Assembly (NCBI RefSeq): GCF_037042905.1
Contig: NC_087246.1
Coordinates: 4,590,001 to 4,654,000, forward strand
DNA from: Lytechinus pictus
Taxonomy: Eukaryota
Direction of reading: 5' to 3'
DNA: 64,000 bases
The translations under genes were made by a program, and so were the position numbers. How positions within the stretch are numbered: position 1 is the first letter of the stretch; the number at the start of each line of letters is the position of its first letter. A model generated the notes under the pieces. It searched no databases. It worked only from the letters and a program-made list of their open reading frames with translations, and was not told the DNA's origin. Positions 54,001 to 64,000 of the stretch are shown one piece after another.

Positions 54001-57000
54001 CTTGCTAATCAGCAGACTTCCTCTTAATTTTTGTCTCACCTGCATAGCAGAGTGAGACTATAGGCGCCGCTTTTCCGACGGCGACGGCGGCGGCGTCAAC
54101 ACCAAATCTTAACCTGAGGTTAAGTTTTTGAAATGACAGCATAACTTAGAAAGTATATGGACCTAGTTCATGAAACTTGGCCATAAGGTTAATCAAGTAT
54201 TACTGAACATCCTGCCTGAGTTTCATGTCACATGACCAAGGTCAAAGGTCATTTAGGGTCAATGAACTTAGACCATGTTGGGGGAATCAACATCAAAATC
54301 TTAACCTAAGGTTAAGTTTTTGAAATGTCATCATAACTTAGAAAATATATGGACCTAGTTCATGAAACTTATACATAAGGTTAATAAAGTATCACTGAAC
54401 ATCCTGCATGAGTTTCACGTCACATGACCAAGGTCAAAGGTCATTTAGGGTCAATGAACTTTGGCCGAATTGGGGGTATCTGTCGAATTACCATCATAAC
54501 TTTGAAAGTTTATGGATCTGATTCATGAAACTTGGACATAATAGTAATCAAGTATTACTGAACATCCTGTGCAAGTTTCAGGTCACATGATCAAGGTCAA
54601 AGGTCATTTAGGGTCAATGAACTTTGGCCAAATTGGGGTATTTGTTGAATTACAGCCATAAATTTGAAAGTGTGTTGGTCTAGTTCATAAAACTTGGACA
54701 TAATAGTAATCAAGTATCACTGAACATCCTGTGCGAGTTTCAGGTCACATGATCAAGGTCAAAGGTCATGTAAGGTCAAAGAACTTTGGCCACGTTGGGG
54801 GTATTTGTTGAATTGCCATCATATCTCTATAAGTGTATTGGTCTAGTTCATAAAACGTGGAAATAAGAGTAACCAAGTATCACTGAACATCTTGTGCGAG
54901 TTATAGTAGTTTTCAAAATCAGCACTGCTGCTATATTGAATCGCGTGATGCAGGTGAGACGGCCAGAGGCATTCCACTTGTTTCCTTATCTTTGCCATAA
55001 TTTTCGAACTATGCTGTCAAAATTCATTTTCAAATCTGTTTATTTGCTTGAGTTGTTGTGTTGCTGTTTTTAATATTTTCTCTTTAGCTTTGAATATTCC
55101 TTCTTTAAGCAAAAACAAAACTTTTTCAACCGAAGTATGCATGGGAGAGCGTGAATTTTTTTCAAATCTTTTCATTGTGTGCTACAAATGTTAAGGTGCC
55201 TTTGAACAGTGGCATGCAGAAGGGTGGGGGCTCGGGGGTGCTCCCCCCCCCCTTCAATAAAAAAAAGTGGAAAGGAAATAAAAGGAAAAAAAGTAAGATA
55301 GAAAGTGAAATATGATTTATGTTCTGAATATTATGTCAAAATCTATCACAAAATTTGATATTTTAATAAAAAAGTTGAAATTTTTGCTTGCTCGCTTCGC
55401 TTGCTCACAACTTTTTAATACATTTTATTCGATCTGCCATATCTTGCTCCTTCAAAATAGACTGAATACACCATTGCCATCGAAAAACATTAATGCTTTC
55501 CTGTTTGTCCTGTCAAGCACATAATTAAACTTTGTCGAGGAATCAATAACCCTTTGAAACTAGGATTCATGTTTTTAAAGGTACCATAACATAATTCGTT
55601 TCACATAATAAAAGGATTTGAATAATTACAAGTTTTCCCAATCAATAATGCAAATCTTCTTGCTTGGGTTGACAAAAAGTCTTTTTTTCTCACTTATGAA
55701 GGAAAATTCAAAGGTAAAAGAAGTTTAAATGAAAAAAAAAATAATTCAAGTAAATAAATGAATTTGTAATAAAAATTGACAGCATAGTTCAAAAATTGTG
55801 GCAAAGATAATGAAAAGGTTAAGAGGAAGTATGCTGATTAGCAAGAAGTCTGATCATCAAATTTCTAATTTCTCCCATTTTGGTGCAAGTCTCTTTTTGA
55901 TCCCCCGACAAAAACATCCCGTGTTCGCTCAAGCATGAACAAAATTTATTTTTTTTAATAGCATTTCAAAGATAAGATTTCAGAGCATCTATTACCATCA
56001 AAATCTAGATGTCATAATTTGAAACAATTTTTTTATAGACTTTTTAAAACTGTCCCGTTTTTTTTTATACGCACTGTATATATCCCAAGTACCAACCAGA
56101 TGATAAATCATATGCCATTAAAAAAAATAGTTCTGAAACAATTTTTGAACAGTGAAAGTGGTTCACTTGCCTTATACTACTTTTTTTTGGTTATTTTGCA
56201 GATAAAGCTGGCATCCAATACAAAGTTTTGAATAGACGGAAAGGACCTGCAGTCTGGGTAAGATGATGATATGATTATCACAGAAGCTTGGAACTTCATT
56301 TGTCACTCAGTTTGACAAATTCCCTCCCAATATTCTTTGCTCTTTTGCGATAATCAGGGCTTAATGGATCCAAATCCTCAAAACACTTGGCTGTAGCTGC
56401 CCTTTTGACTTGCATCAATAACCCTATTGTTAACCTCAGCAATTCTTGTACCCATAATTTTTCCCATTTGTGTAGTAATATAGGATTTTCACCCATAGAA
56501 TATCCTGGTCATACAAAATGCAAGAATGTAAATACTAGTGTCAATATGGAGAAATTTTTCATCTTGACAAAAATGTGCTACTCTATTGTGTTTTATTGGC
56601 AAGTTAATATAAATGCTGCAAATGAGAGTGATGTTGGTATGTAGTTTTAATTTCATGAAATGTTTGCTATTCTGTGAGTACTCATGTAGCTCAAAACTTT
56701 AATGCATGATTGAGTTTATTTAATCACAGTTCCCAAGAATCAAGTATTTGAATTTTGTGAAAGTATGTTGCTGTATTAATTGAAGGAATCCTTAGCAATT
56801 TATGAAAATTGGCAAAAATGTGAATATCCTGGATTTAGATAAAAGTCTGAACCACTTTTAGATAAATACTGTATTAAGTTGAAATCTTTTCCCTTCATTT
56901 GATCCTTTTGTGTAGAAAAAATAGGAATGTGGGATCAAGAAAGTAGTGGAGACTTTTTAATGCACCAAAAATTATTTTAGGGTGCTGTGCCATTACAATA

Positions 57001-60000
57001 CAATACAATACAATATAATACAATACATTTTATTAGTATTTATATAGCGCTCTTTTACAATAACTGTATCACAGCGCTTTACAAATGAGCAAAAATAAGA
57101 TTTTGAAAGAAAAATACATACATACATGACAAGTAAATGAATTATTAGAAAGAAATGTCTTAAATGACCACAGACAATCGGTCCTTTTTATTACATTGGT
57201 CAACTGTAGGGACTGCGGGCGCAGATTGACAGGGATCAGTACCAAAGCTATATGCAAGATGAAATACTTCATACACCAAACCTGACTGTCAGGGCTGCTC
57301 CAGTAGAAGATCTTATCATTACAGAGGAAGAGGTTGGTGAGATGGATGGTTGTCATGGTGATAAGCCAGTCTGTTCAGGAGTGGTGTTGGGTAAATATGT
57401 TGTAGTTCATATCCATTTAAAGTATAATTTTCTTTCAAGGTTTTGGATGAATTTTTTCAGACTTAATTTAATTGATGAATTTCTTGATTTTGATGTCGAT
57501 GCTGTGTGTTCATTTGTCTGTTGGGCAATTACAGTTGTGCTCAAAAGTTAGTGAACTACACCACAAAATGCAGTCCTTCATGCTTAATGTTGAATGTAGA
57601 AAACAATACTACAAAGTTTGGCGAGCCCAGAGAAACAAACTTTGTCGAATGTAATATTTTATCACCTGAATTCACAATCAAATATCTAAAACCTGGCAGA
57701 ACTTGAACACTATATTTATTTTCATTTGAATTAAAACATTACTAAGTGTTGGTTTCAAATATATGTGTTGTAGGTAATCAATTAATATCAAATGTATTTT
57801 AGGTTATTTTTACAAGGTAATATTTACAGATTTATACTTTGCATGAATTTGAATATTTGCTATTTTAAAATGACGTATTATAAAGCTAGGAGCAAGATAA
57901 ATGTATTTTTGTCTAATATTGATTTAGGGTCAAGTTTCTAAGCTATTCCAAAATATATATTTTTAAAATATAACTCCAGTAAAATCAAACCATGCCTGAT
58001 GTAATAGTAGTAGATTGAAGTTTATTTCACTAAGAATAAGATGCAATGACACTTGACAGCTTTGCATTTGTGCTTGTCACTTTGATTCTTACGATTTTAC
58101 CACTGAAAACCTGAATATTATGTAGATATTGAAAGTTGAGCAACTAATATACTTTCATTTTCTTTATTTGAATCTCTTGTAATATATGTAGAGAATGGTG
58201 AGACTGTTTACAGCAGTGCAGTTGTCATAACTACAGGAACCTTCTTAAGAGGAGAGATCCATCTTGGTTTAGATAGGAAACCTGCTGGAAGAATAGGAGA
58301 TGAACCTTCAGTAGGTCTGGCTAAAACAATTGAAGATGCTGGATTTACTCTGGGTAGATTAAAAACAGGCATGTATATTTGGAATTTCTTTAAATTTGGT
58401 CATTCATAATCTGCCATCCTATCTGTATATCGCCATAGTTAAATTGATAAATTGTAGACTGTAAGACATAATGTACACTTTTGAATCCTGCTGCTGCAAG
58501 GATTTAGACAGTAGATGGTGTTTTAATGTCTACCCAAGCATGCAAAACTAGCATGCAGAATTTGGTAAACTGTTACAATCCATTTTCCTCATTCCTTCCA
58601 TGATTTCAATCTTATTTTTGTGATAAGACAAAATTGAATGGAAGCTTAGGATATTATTATCTTGACATGATTCATAAATTTTTAATCAATACAATTATTT
58701 TCCAAGCAATTGTTTTATGCTGAAATCTGTGCAGTTTTCATAACAATTTTAGTTGATATGTGACTGTGATTTTAAGTGTTTTTTTCTTCATATAATGGGT
58801 CAGACCATGTATACAATAATTTATTTGTATCATTTAATGTATGCTTGTTTAGAAAATTATGAGAATATGCTCATTATTCATTTACCCACCAATTCACAAA
58901 ATATTCTCCGCCATATTTTGATCACTTCAAGGCTGCTGTGATTGTACATTGCTTGATTTTTTTCTCTCTATCTCTTGAATCTTTATTGTTCAATCTTTTA
59001 TACCTGCAACAAGGCATTAGGTTTGTAAACCTAATGATCCAAATTCACAAAGGTGGTTCTTAAAACCATCGGTTGAACCCGTGCTTTATGCAGATATCCT
59101 GTACAAATTACGCTTATTTACCACGTATATCAAACAAATGTTCAATGCTGATGCACGATTTTGTCACAGTGCGCCAAATTGATGCCTGTTGCCGTGGTTA
59201 TATACGCTATTTTATTCATGAGTCCACTGTTTTGAATTTTGAAAGCGTGCATCAGCATTGGACATTTGTTTTATATATGCAGTAAGTAAGCGTAATTTAT
59301 ACAGGAAATCTGCATAAACCATGGGTTCAACCGATGGGTTCATCGCAGGCTTATCCTGTATGCCTGTCTATGAAGTTAGCACATCAAAACTCATGACATG
59401 GCCTTTTCTTTGAAAGAACGCATATTTTATATTGTGTTTCAGTTTTACATGCTTAGCTGGAAGGCTGTGTATAATGAAATCATGATCATGTGACTTTCAT
59501 ACTTTCAAAATATAAGTAACATGTGTGATGAGAATTTGTATTAGAAAAATATAGCTATTCTATAAAAATTATTTTGACAAACCATCAAGAGGTTGTTAAG
59601 CATCTGTTTTTGCACACCATGTTGATATAGGGACCCCTCCTCGTTTGGATGGTAAGACTATAGACTACAGTGAACTAATAGCAAACTATGGAGATGTCCC
59701 TCCTGTACCGTTCTCCTTCATGACTGACATGGTTGCTATAAAGGTAAACTCATTCTCTTCCTTTGGGATCATGGTCTTATTTTCAATTTCAAGAAATTCA
59801 AATTGGAAATCAGCAGTGTAATTCATCATGACCTTGGAAAGACATATTTACATGAATTTTGCTGAAAACTTCTATTAATAACAAATGGACATAAGAAATA
59901 TGGGATTCAAAATACATTAAACAAACCTTGAATCTAAGTACATGGACATTGTTGTGTGTAAGTTGTGTGTAAAATCTGTAGATTTGTGCTCCACTCATAT

Positions 60001-62202
60001 AAATTGTTTTCATCCTCCAAATTTCTTTAGGGTTAATGGATTAAGATTTTGTTTCTTTCCACAGCCTGAAGATCAGGTGATCTGTCACCTGACTCATTCT
60101 AACCCAACAGTGCATCGTTTATGTATTGACAACCAACATCTCAATGTTCATGTCAAGGAAGAGGCTAATGGGCCAAGGTATATTTGGTTTATTATTGGAG
60201 TGATATCAATGAGTGGGGGGGGGGGTATCTAATGCTGTTGGTGGTGGCAGTGCTGGTGGTGGCAGATTAAATGGTGGTTGTGGTGGTGGTGGTGGTGATG
60301 ATGATGATGATGGTGATGGTGGTGATGATGATGATATTGATGATGATGGTGATGAAGATGATGGTGGTGGTGATGGTGATGATGACATTGATGATGATGA
60401 TGGCATTGATGTTGATGATGATTACTATGATGATGATGATGGCGATTGTGATGGTGATCGATGGTGATGGTGATGATGATGATGATGTTGGTGATGGTGG
60501 TGATGATGATGGCATTGATGATGATGGCATGGATGATGATGATGGCATTGATGATGATGATGGCATTGATGATGATGATGGTGATGATGATGATGATTAT
60601 GATGGTGATGGTGATGATGATGATGATGATGATGATGATGGCGATGGTGATGGCAATGGTGATGATGATGATGATGGTGGTGGTGATGATGATTATGATG
60701 ATGATGATGATGGTGATGGTGATGGTGATGATGATGGTGGTGTTGCATGACTGTCATGTTTCTCTTGTTCTATGTCTCTTCAAAAACTGCCAAGTTCATT
60801 ATAATTTGATAGCATAACAACTTTTCATAAGACCAAGAAAGATAATTTCAATAGAGGACGAGATGTGAATTATCCATGGAAGTGCTCATGTATGACTATG
60901 AATTGCTATGTTGATGATGATTGTTGTCCATTTCTCATTTCCTTAGATATTGCCCTTCAATTGAGTCTAAATGCCTTAGGTTTGGTGATAGACCACATCA
61001 GATCTGGCTAGAGCCTGAAGGTAAGATCATTATTTACACTGAAGACCGTTTTTATAATTGATACACATTGATGCATATTGTTGGTATGAATCTCTCCCTT
61101 CTAGTAATTTTGTTTTAATGCTTCCTTCTTACTGTTGGCAGAGGTTTGTGGAATCTCTTGTTCTCTGTGCATGTCGGTCTAATACAGAGCCTGTGGGGTG
61201 CATGTATCAAACTCACCATAAACATGTAATGCGGCTTACAAAAATCAGGAGTGGGGGAAAAACGGGAATTTCAGACATATCTATTTGCCCCCCTGCATGT
61301 TAGTAGATAAATGTTTGTATATTGTGTGTTTTTGCTTTGTTTTATATGACTTTTCCTTGTAAACAAGGCTTCTATATACAATAAGCATTTTATAGCTACA
61401 TGTACTTGAATGCTTCAGATCATGATGTGATAATGATTACAATGTTGTTGTTTTCCTTCCCCTTTTTTTAATAACTTACAATTAGGTCTGAATACAGACA
61501 TTGTTTACATGCAAGGATTTTCTGTGACTCTTCCACCTAACCTACAAGAGAAGTGTATTCATAGCATCAAGGGTTTAGAGAACGCTATAATGACTAAACC
61601 AGGTATGAAATGTGGTACAGGTTTAGTGCAAGGAAACTGGATGGCTAGATATCCCTTCTTGGTGATATGTAGTATGTATAATTGTTTTCTGAAACAAGCT
61701 TTTGGATTGTTGAAGAAAAAGTACTTTGTTGGAAAACTGACTTCATACATTGTGAGATTTTTCACATAAGTAGGAAAAATGAAAAGGATTAAGTATGCTG
61801 CAAACGATTGCAATGAGGATATCTTTCGTAGTGAGCAAAGCTGTGCGAAATGGGGGGAAAATGACTGTTTTCTGTACCAATCCCCATGGAGAATTCTAAA
61901 TGGACAAATTCACCATTTTCTCCAAAAATTGCTCTAAAAAGAAAAAGTATTACAAAATGGCAAGTTGCTTACTTTATTTACAGATAAAGGAATAAAATTA
62001 ACTTTCCTGATATGGGTGTGCATGATGAAGTCTAAGCAAAATAATTATCTTGCTCATTTTTTGATCAACAGGTTATGGTGTTGAGTATGACTATGTAGAC
62101 CCAAGAGAAATCAAGCCATCACTGGAAACACTCAAGATACCAAGGCTGTTTTTTGCTGGTCAGATCAATGGTACAACAGGATATGAAGAAGCAGCAGCAC
62201 AG
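45075..62202 (+). CDS. MTO1: Mitochondrial tRNA modification protein MTO1 (GidA/MnmG family), 3'-incomplete; exons 45075-45297, 46259-46354, 56202-56257, 57210-57390, 58192-58368, 59631-59743, 60065-60177, 60947-61020, 61486-61602, 62072-62202
   Basis: Arg-rich N-terminal presequence, then the GidA motifs in order: [117 protein letters not shown]. Exon phases are consistent. The gene continues past the window end. Confidence 0.96.
46783..46896 (+). pseudogene. C-terminal end of retrotransposon pol (RNase H tail)
   Basis: [37 protein letters not shown], followed by a short UTR and the PPT AAGGAGGGGGTGA (47002-47014). Confidence 0.85.
47015..48430 (+). repeat. LTR (TGTTA...TGACA, 1416 bp)
   Basis: TG...CA termini, PPT immediately upstream, PBS 4 nt downstream. 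Confidence 0.92.
48435..48473 (+). promoter_or_regulatory. Primer-binding site complementary to tRNA-Pro, extended to 39 nt
   Basis: TGGGGGCTTGTCCGGGAGTCGAACCCGGGACCTCTCGCA versus the reverse complement of the eukaryotic tRNA-Pro 3' half as recalled, TGGGGGCTCGTCCGGGATTTGAACCCGGGACCTCTCGCA. Confidence 0.9.
48927..51923 (+). CDS. Gmr1-like Gag-protease-integrase polyprotein (998 aa; last ~28 aa out of frame)
   Basis: SCAN-like capsid region, CCHC knuckle [14 protein letters not shown], protease LRDTG, integrase HHCC plus D,D,E (VDLIGP, SDQGTQF, GLVERFN), and GPF motif. Confidence 0.92.
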   Translation: MDSIDEKLINLGKELGLVGKDLLDFIKDREQQAREERATVREDRRQEIELKQLEENILDKQLALVQANKGNESQLGNNSMRTHSLTKVPKLPHFDESRDNIDAYLERFERYANSQKWQSDCWAINLGALLQGKALEVYSRLAPEEAAKYSTLKDALLRRYQMSADDFRKKFYRATPETGESAGQFMARLEHYFERWVDLTDTAKSFEGLKDLIIRQQFLEQINPGLAIYLRERTPQSTREMTETAQIYISAHGGHFKGPRKETKVMTPHKSETKSDGFHREKPKGRKQIGPCYLCDQMGHLARNCKSSSKSKPEKGGSFVDIGSKTNKHRKSSGRTKSHDPCPTCSSSKDLGDGSDTSQLESGLFVMMSASGMDQTRPTRKQRKKQTKKISEMCATCKGKLRELMPVTDGIVNSQTVSVLRDTGCTCVVIRKKLVKKDQMTGKYKLCILIDGTVRWYPTATIHIDCPFFVGTVVALCVRAPLFDVIVGNIQNVLPPDAPNPNWGMPTSGNVVTDNALSEVGMAVETRSQVKAAERKQAPLKVMSPIPEVSPQDIQEAQLADPTLKKARELAETEDGSKEGKRNYFFFQDGLLHRVFQPSSVVNGNQVVQLVVPKPYRKVVMKLAHEGIMGGHQGVKKTSDKIMLSFFWPGLQADVSRFCQSCDICQRTISKGRVPRVPLGKMPIIDVPFKRIAVDLIGPIQPITSRKNRYILTVVDCATRYPEAVALPNIETTTVAEALVQIFSRVGVPQEILSDQGTQFTSDLMKDIGKLLSIKQMMTTPYHPACNGLVERFNGTLKKILRRTCSDRPSDWDRYLAPILFAYREAPQASMGFSPFELLYGRTVRGPLMILKELWTGKQQNEELKSTYQYVVELKERLESTLEVAQQELRKSMERSSKYYNSKSRERRFQVGDQVLLLLPTEHNKLLVQWKGPFTVVHKLSDQDYRLDINGKLKTFHANLLKRYISREEDRYVRDHTPLHMLARTQLRKKSRRCSRWE
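51839..52441 (+). pseudogene. Reverse transcriptase fragment, frameshifted from the upstream ORF and 3'-truncated
   Basis: VRQRPY...MLEMGVIE...[10 protein letters not shown]...[11 protein letters not shown]...MPFGL...YLDDIL...IEYLGH, then LTR sequence. Confidence 0.9.
52433..53846 (-). repeat. Inverted LTR copy, lacking the last 3 nt of the U5 end
   Basis: Reverse complement of 47015-48427 with about 15 differences counted by eye (~1%). Confidence 0.92.
54028..54982 (+). mobile_element. Helentron-type (HINE) repeat
   Basis: TTTTTGTCTCACCTGCATAGCAGAGTGAGAC start, (CGG/CGA)n, tandem GGTCAAAGGTCA units, ...TGCAGGTGAGAC...CTTGTT end, inserted in a T-rich site. Confidence 0.75.
59062..59340. mobile_element. 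Palindromic MITE remnant in an MTO1 intron
   Basis: ~95-bp imperfect inverted repeat (CCATCGGTTGAACCC...CAATGCTGATGCACG / CGTGCATCAGCATTG...GGGTTCAACCGATGG). Confidence 0.6.
60235..60742. repeat. (GAT/GGT)n microsatellite in an MTO1 intron
   Basis: Directly visible; it explains the poly-D/M/H/S ORFs. Confidence 0.95.
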
Positions 62203-62851
62203 GTAACGAAATAAAGATGGTGGGATAAAGACTTAACTAGTAGAAATGAAGCTAAACTGTTCAACTGAAAAAAATTGTGTTGTCGAACTGGCAAGATCTT
62301 AACCCTATCTAAGCCGGGGGCCCCCCTCAATGATTCGCGCAATATTTTCGCTGCATGGAATTTTTTTTACCACGCCGCTCGCTGACTTCTTACTTTCAAG
62401 TCTTGCGCATCTTTTGAGACCAATTTTGCAACACCTGGGTACTCGGTTCGGAAATTACACATTTTGTAAGTGCATGTCAGACTTAAAATTTCTCAAAAGC
62501 ATGATTTCGTGTACAAAGTCGATGCAAATTGTGTTTTCAACCAAAAATCATAAATGTATGATTATTTTTAGATTTGCTATCCTAAATGGATTTATTTATG
62601 CTGCTTATGATCTCAAAAGAGTCCTCGACAAATTTTATAAAAACAAAAACAAAACAATGACAAACAGAAGGTAAAAAAAACAAAGAAATTGCAAGAAAAC
62701 AATATAATACATAAGAAATTGATCTGATATCATAATTTTTTCACATTCATTTGTTACGAACACCACAAATAGTTTCTATACCAAAAAAACAAACATTTGG
62801 AGCTTTATTTAGGGAGTTAGAGAAAAAAAAATGATTTTGCATACTAATTAC

Positions 62852-63417
62852 AGGACAAGTCTACCCCAACATAAAGTTAATTTGAATAAAAAGAGACAAA
62901 TTTAACAAGCATAACACTGATAGTTTCATCAAAATCGGATGTGAAATAAGAAAGTTATTACATTCTAAAGTTTTGTTTAATTTCACAAAACAGTCATATG
63001 CATATTCTGGTCAGTATGCAAATGAGGAGACTGATGACATCATCAACTCCCTATTTCTTTTGTATTTTGTTATTTGAAATATTAAATATTTTAATTTTCT
63101 CATTCTAAAGTGAAACAACAATAAATTCCTCCCTGAACATGTAGATATATCATTGTTTATTACTTTATGGTTCAGTCAAGTTGGTTGTATAATTCAAATA
63201 AAAAACAGAAGAAATAGTGAGTGAGGGACATCATTATATGTCTCATTTGCATGTCATTTAGTTGTGCATATCATTGTTTTGTGAAAAGTAAGTGAAACTT
63301 TAAAATGTCATAACTTTCTTATTTTACTTCCGATTTTGATGAATTTTTTCAGCGTTGTGCCATATAGATTTTTCTCTATTTATTCAGATGAACAATATTT
63401 TGAGCTGGACTTGACCT
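62852..63417. mobile_element. Kolobok-type MITE, second copy
   Basis: Collinear with 34197-34788; ends AGGACAAGTC...GGACTTGACCT|TTAA. Confidence 0.75.
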
Positions 63418-64000
63418 TTAAGCATAACTTAGCATAATCACATAATAGTAATTTGCATGAAATGAATTAATATACAATTTTGTAGATTATGTCCTAGATA
63501 ATCTGCATGCTAATTTCGGCGCGATCGACAGCCGAGATCTCATCATCCGTGCAATTTTAGATCCATTCATCCTGCAATATTTTATCCATACCATGTTTGC
63601 ACACTCGCCAAGACTACCAGCTCTACACTTAAAAACACTATTGTTTGAATACAATGCTCATTTTGTATGTATGTGACAATCAATAGACCTCATTCACACT
63701 GAATGCACTTTTGCATTCAAATTTATGAATGTCAAATGATGAGGATCTACATTTTTGTGTGATAAAACAAATTTTCTTTTCATCCGAGCAATGGACAGAA
63801 TACTTCATTCTATGAAAAATGAAGTGGATCATTTCATCTTTCACCTCCTGAAGTATTTTGTCCATTGCACTCGTAAACATTCATTATTTGTATAATAGGA
63901 TATAGCAATCCATTGAGTTGGTTGGTGGTATTTTTCTCATACAGCGCCTAACACTTGCTATATTAAGAGTTTTTAAGTGATCCTCAATAGTGCATTATAC

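Larger units (their letters stand above)
46714..56076. mobile_element. Tc1/mariner-type long-TIR non-autonomous element hosting the Gypsy and HINE insertions
   Basis: TA|CAGTGCGTATAAAAAAAACGGGACAG...CTGTCCCGTTTTTTTTTATACGCACTG|TA. The left arm resumes at 53847 and 54983 and aligns with the reverse complement of ~55750-56076. Confidence 0.85.

Noticed and set aside
56296..56506. Antisense 66-aa ORF with a possible acceptor in an MTO1 intron
   Set aside because: It looks protein-like, but I recognise no family and find no partner exons. It needs BLASTX.
60206..60817. Poly-Asp/His/Met/Ser ORFs on both strands
   Set aside because: Products of a (GAT/GGT)n microsatellite inside an MTO1 intron.

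Overview
This is AT-rich, intron-containing animal genomic DNA. The repeat landscape suggests an invertebrate deuterostome, probably a sea urchin (inference). Four host genes can be assembled exon by exon: LYRM9 (-), TMEM97 (+), IFT20 (-) and the 5' part of MTO1 (+, runs off the window), arranged as two head-to-head pairs. Each head-to-head promoter is split by a large non-autonomous element with terminal inverted repeats (TIRs) and a perfect 9-bp target-site duplication (TSD), the Mutator/foldback signature. One is 8777-14712, ending 62 nt before the TMEM97 ATG. The other is a 12-kb foldback at 30258-42281, starting 20 nt before the IFT20 ATG. The foldback arms carry a 62-70-bp satellite that grades into a decayed PHD-finger reading frame, and two different Harbinger-type MITEs sit at the same TAA site in the two arms. 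The MTO1 intron at 46355-56201 holds a Gmr1-type Gypsy element (order PR-IN-RT). It has a PPT-LTR-PBS junction, an inverted second LTR, no TSD, and a 39-nt PBS matching the whole 3' half of tRNA-Pro. IFT20 intron 2 holds a truncated Penelope-like element with inverted pseudo-LTRs and hammerhead-like motifs. The rest is MITEs, Helentron-type (HINE) repeats, SINEs and microsatellites. Most ORFs in the supplied track are spurious.
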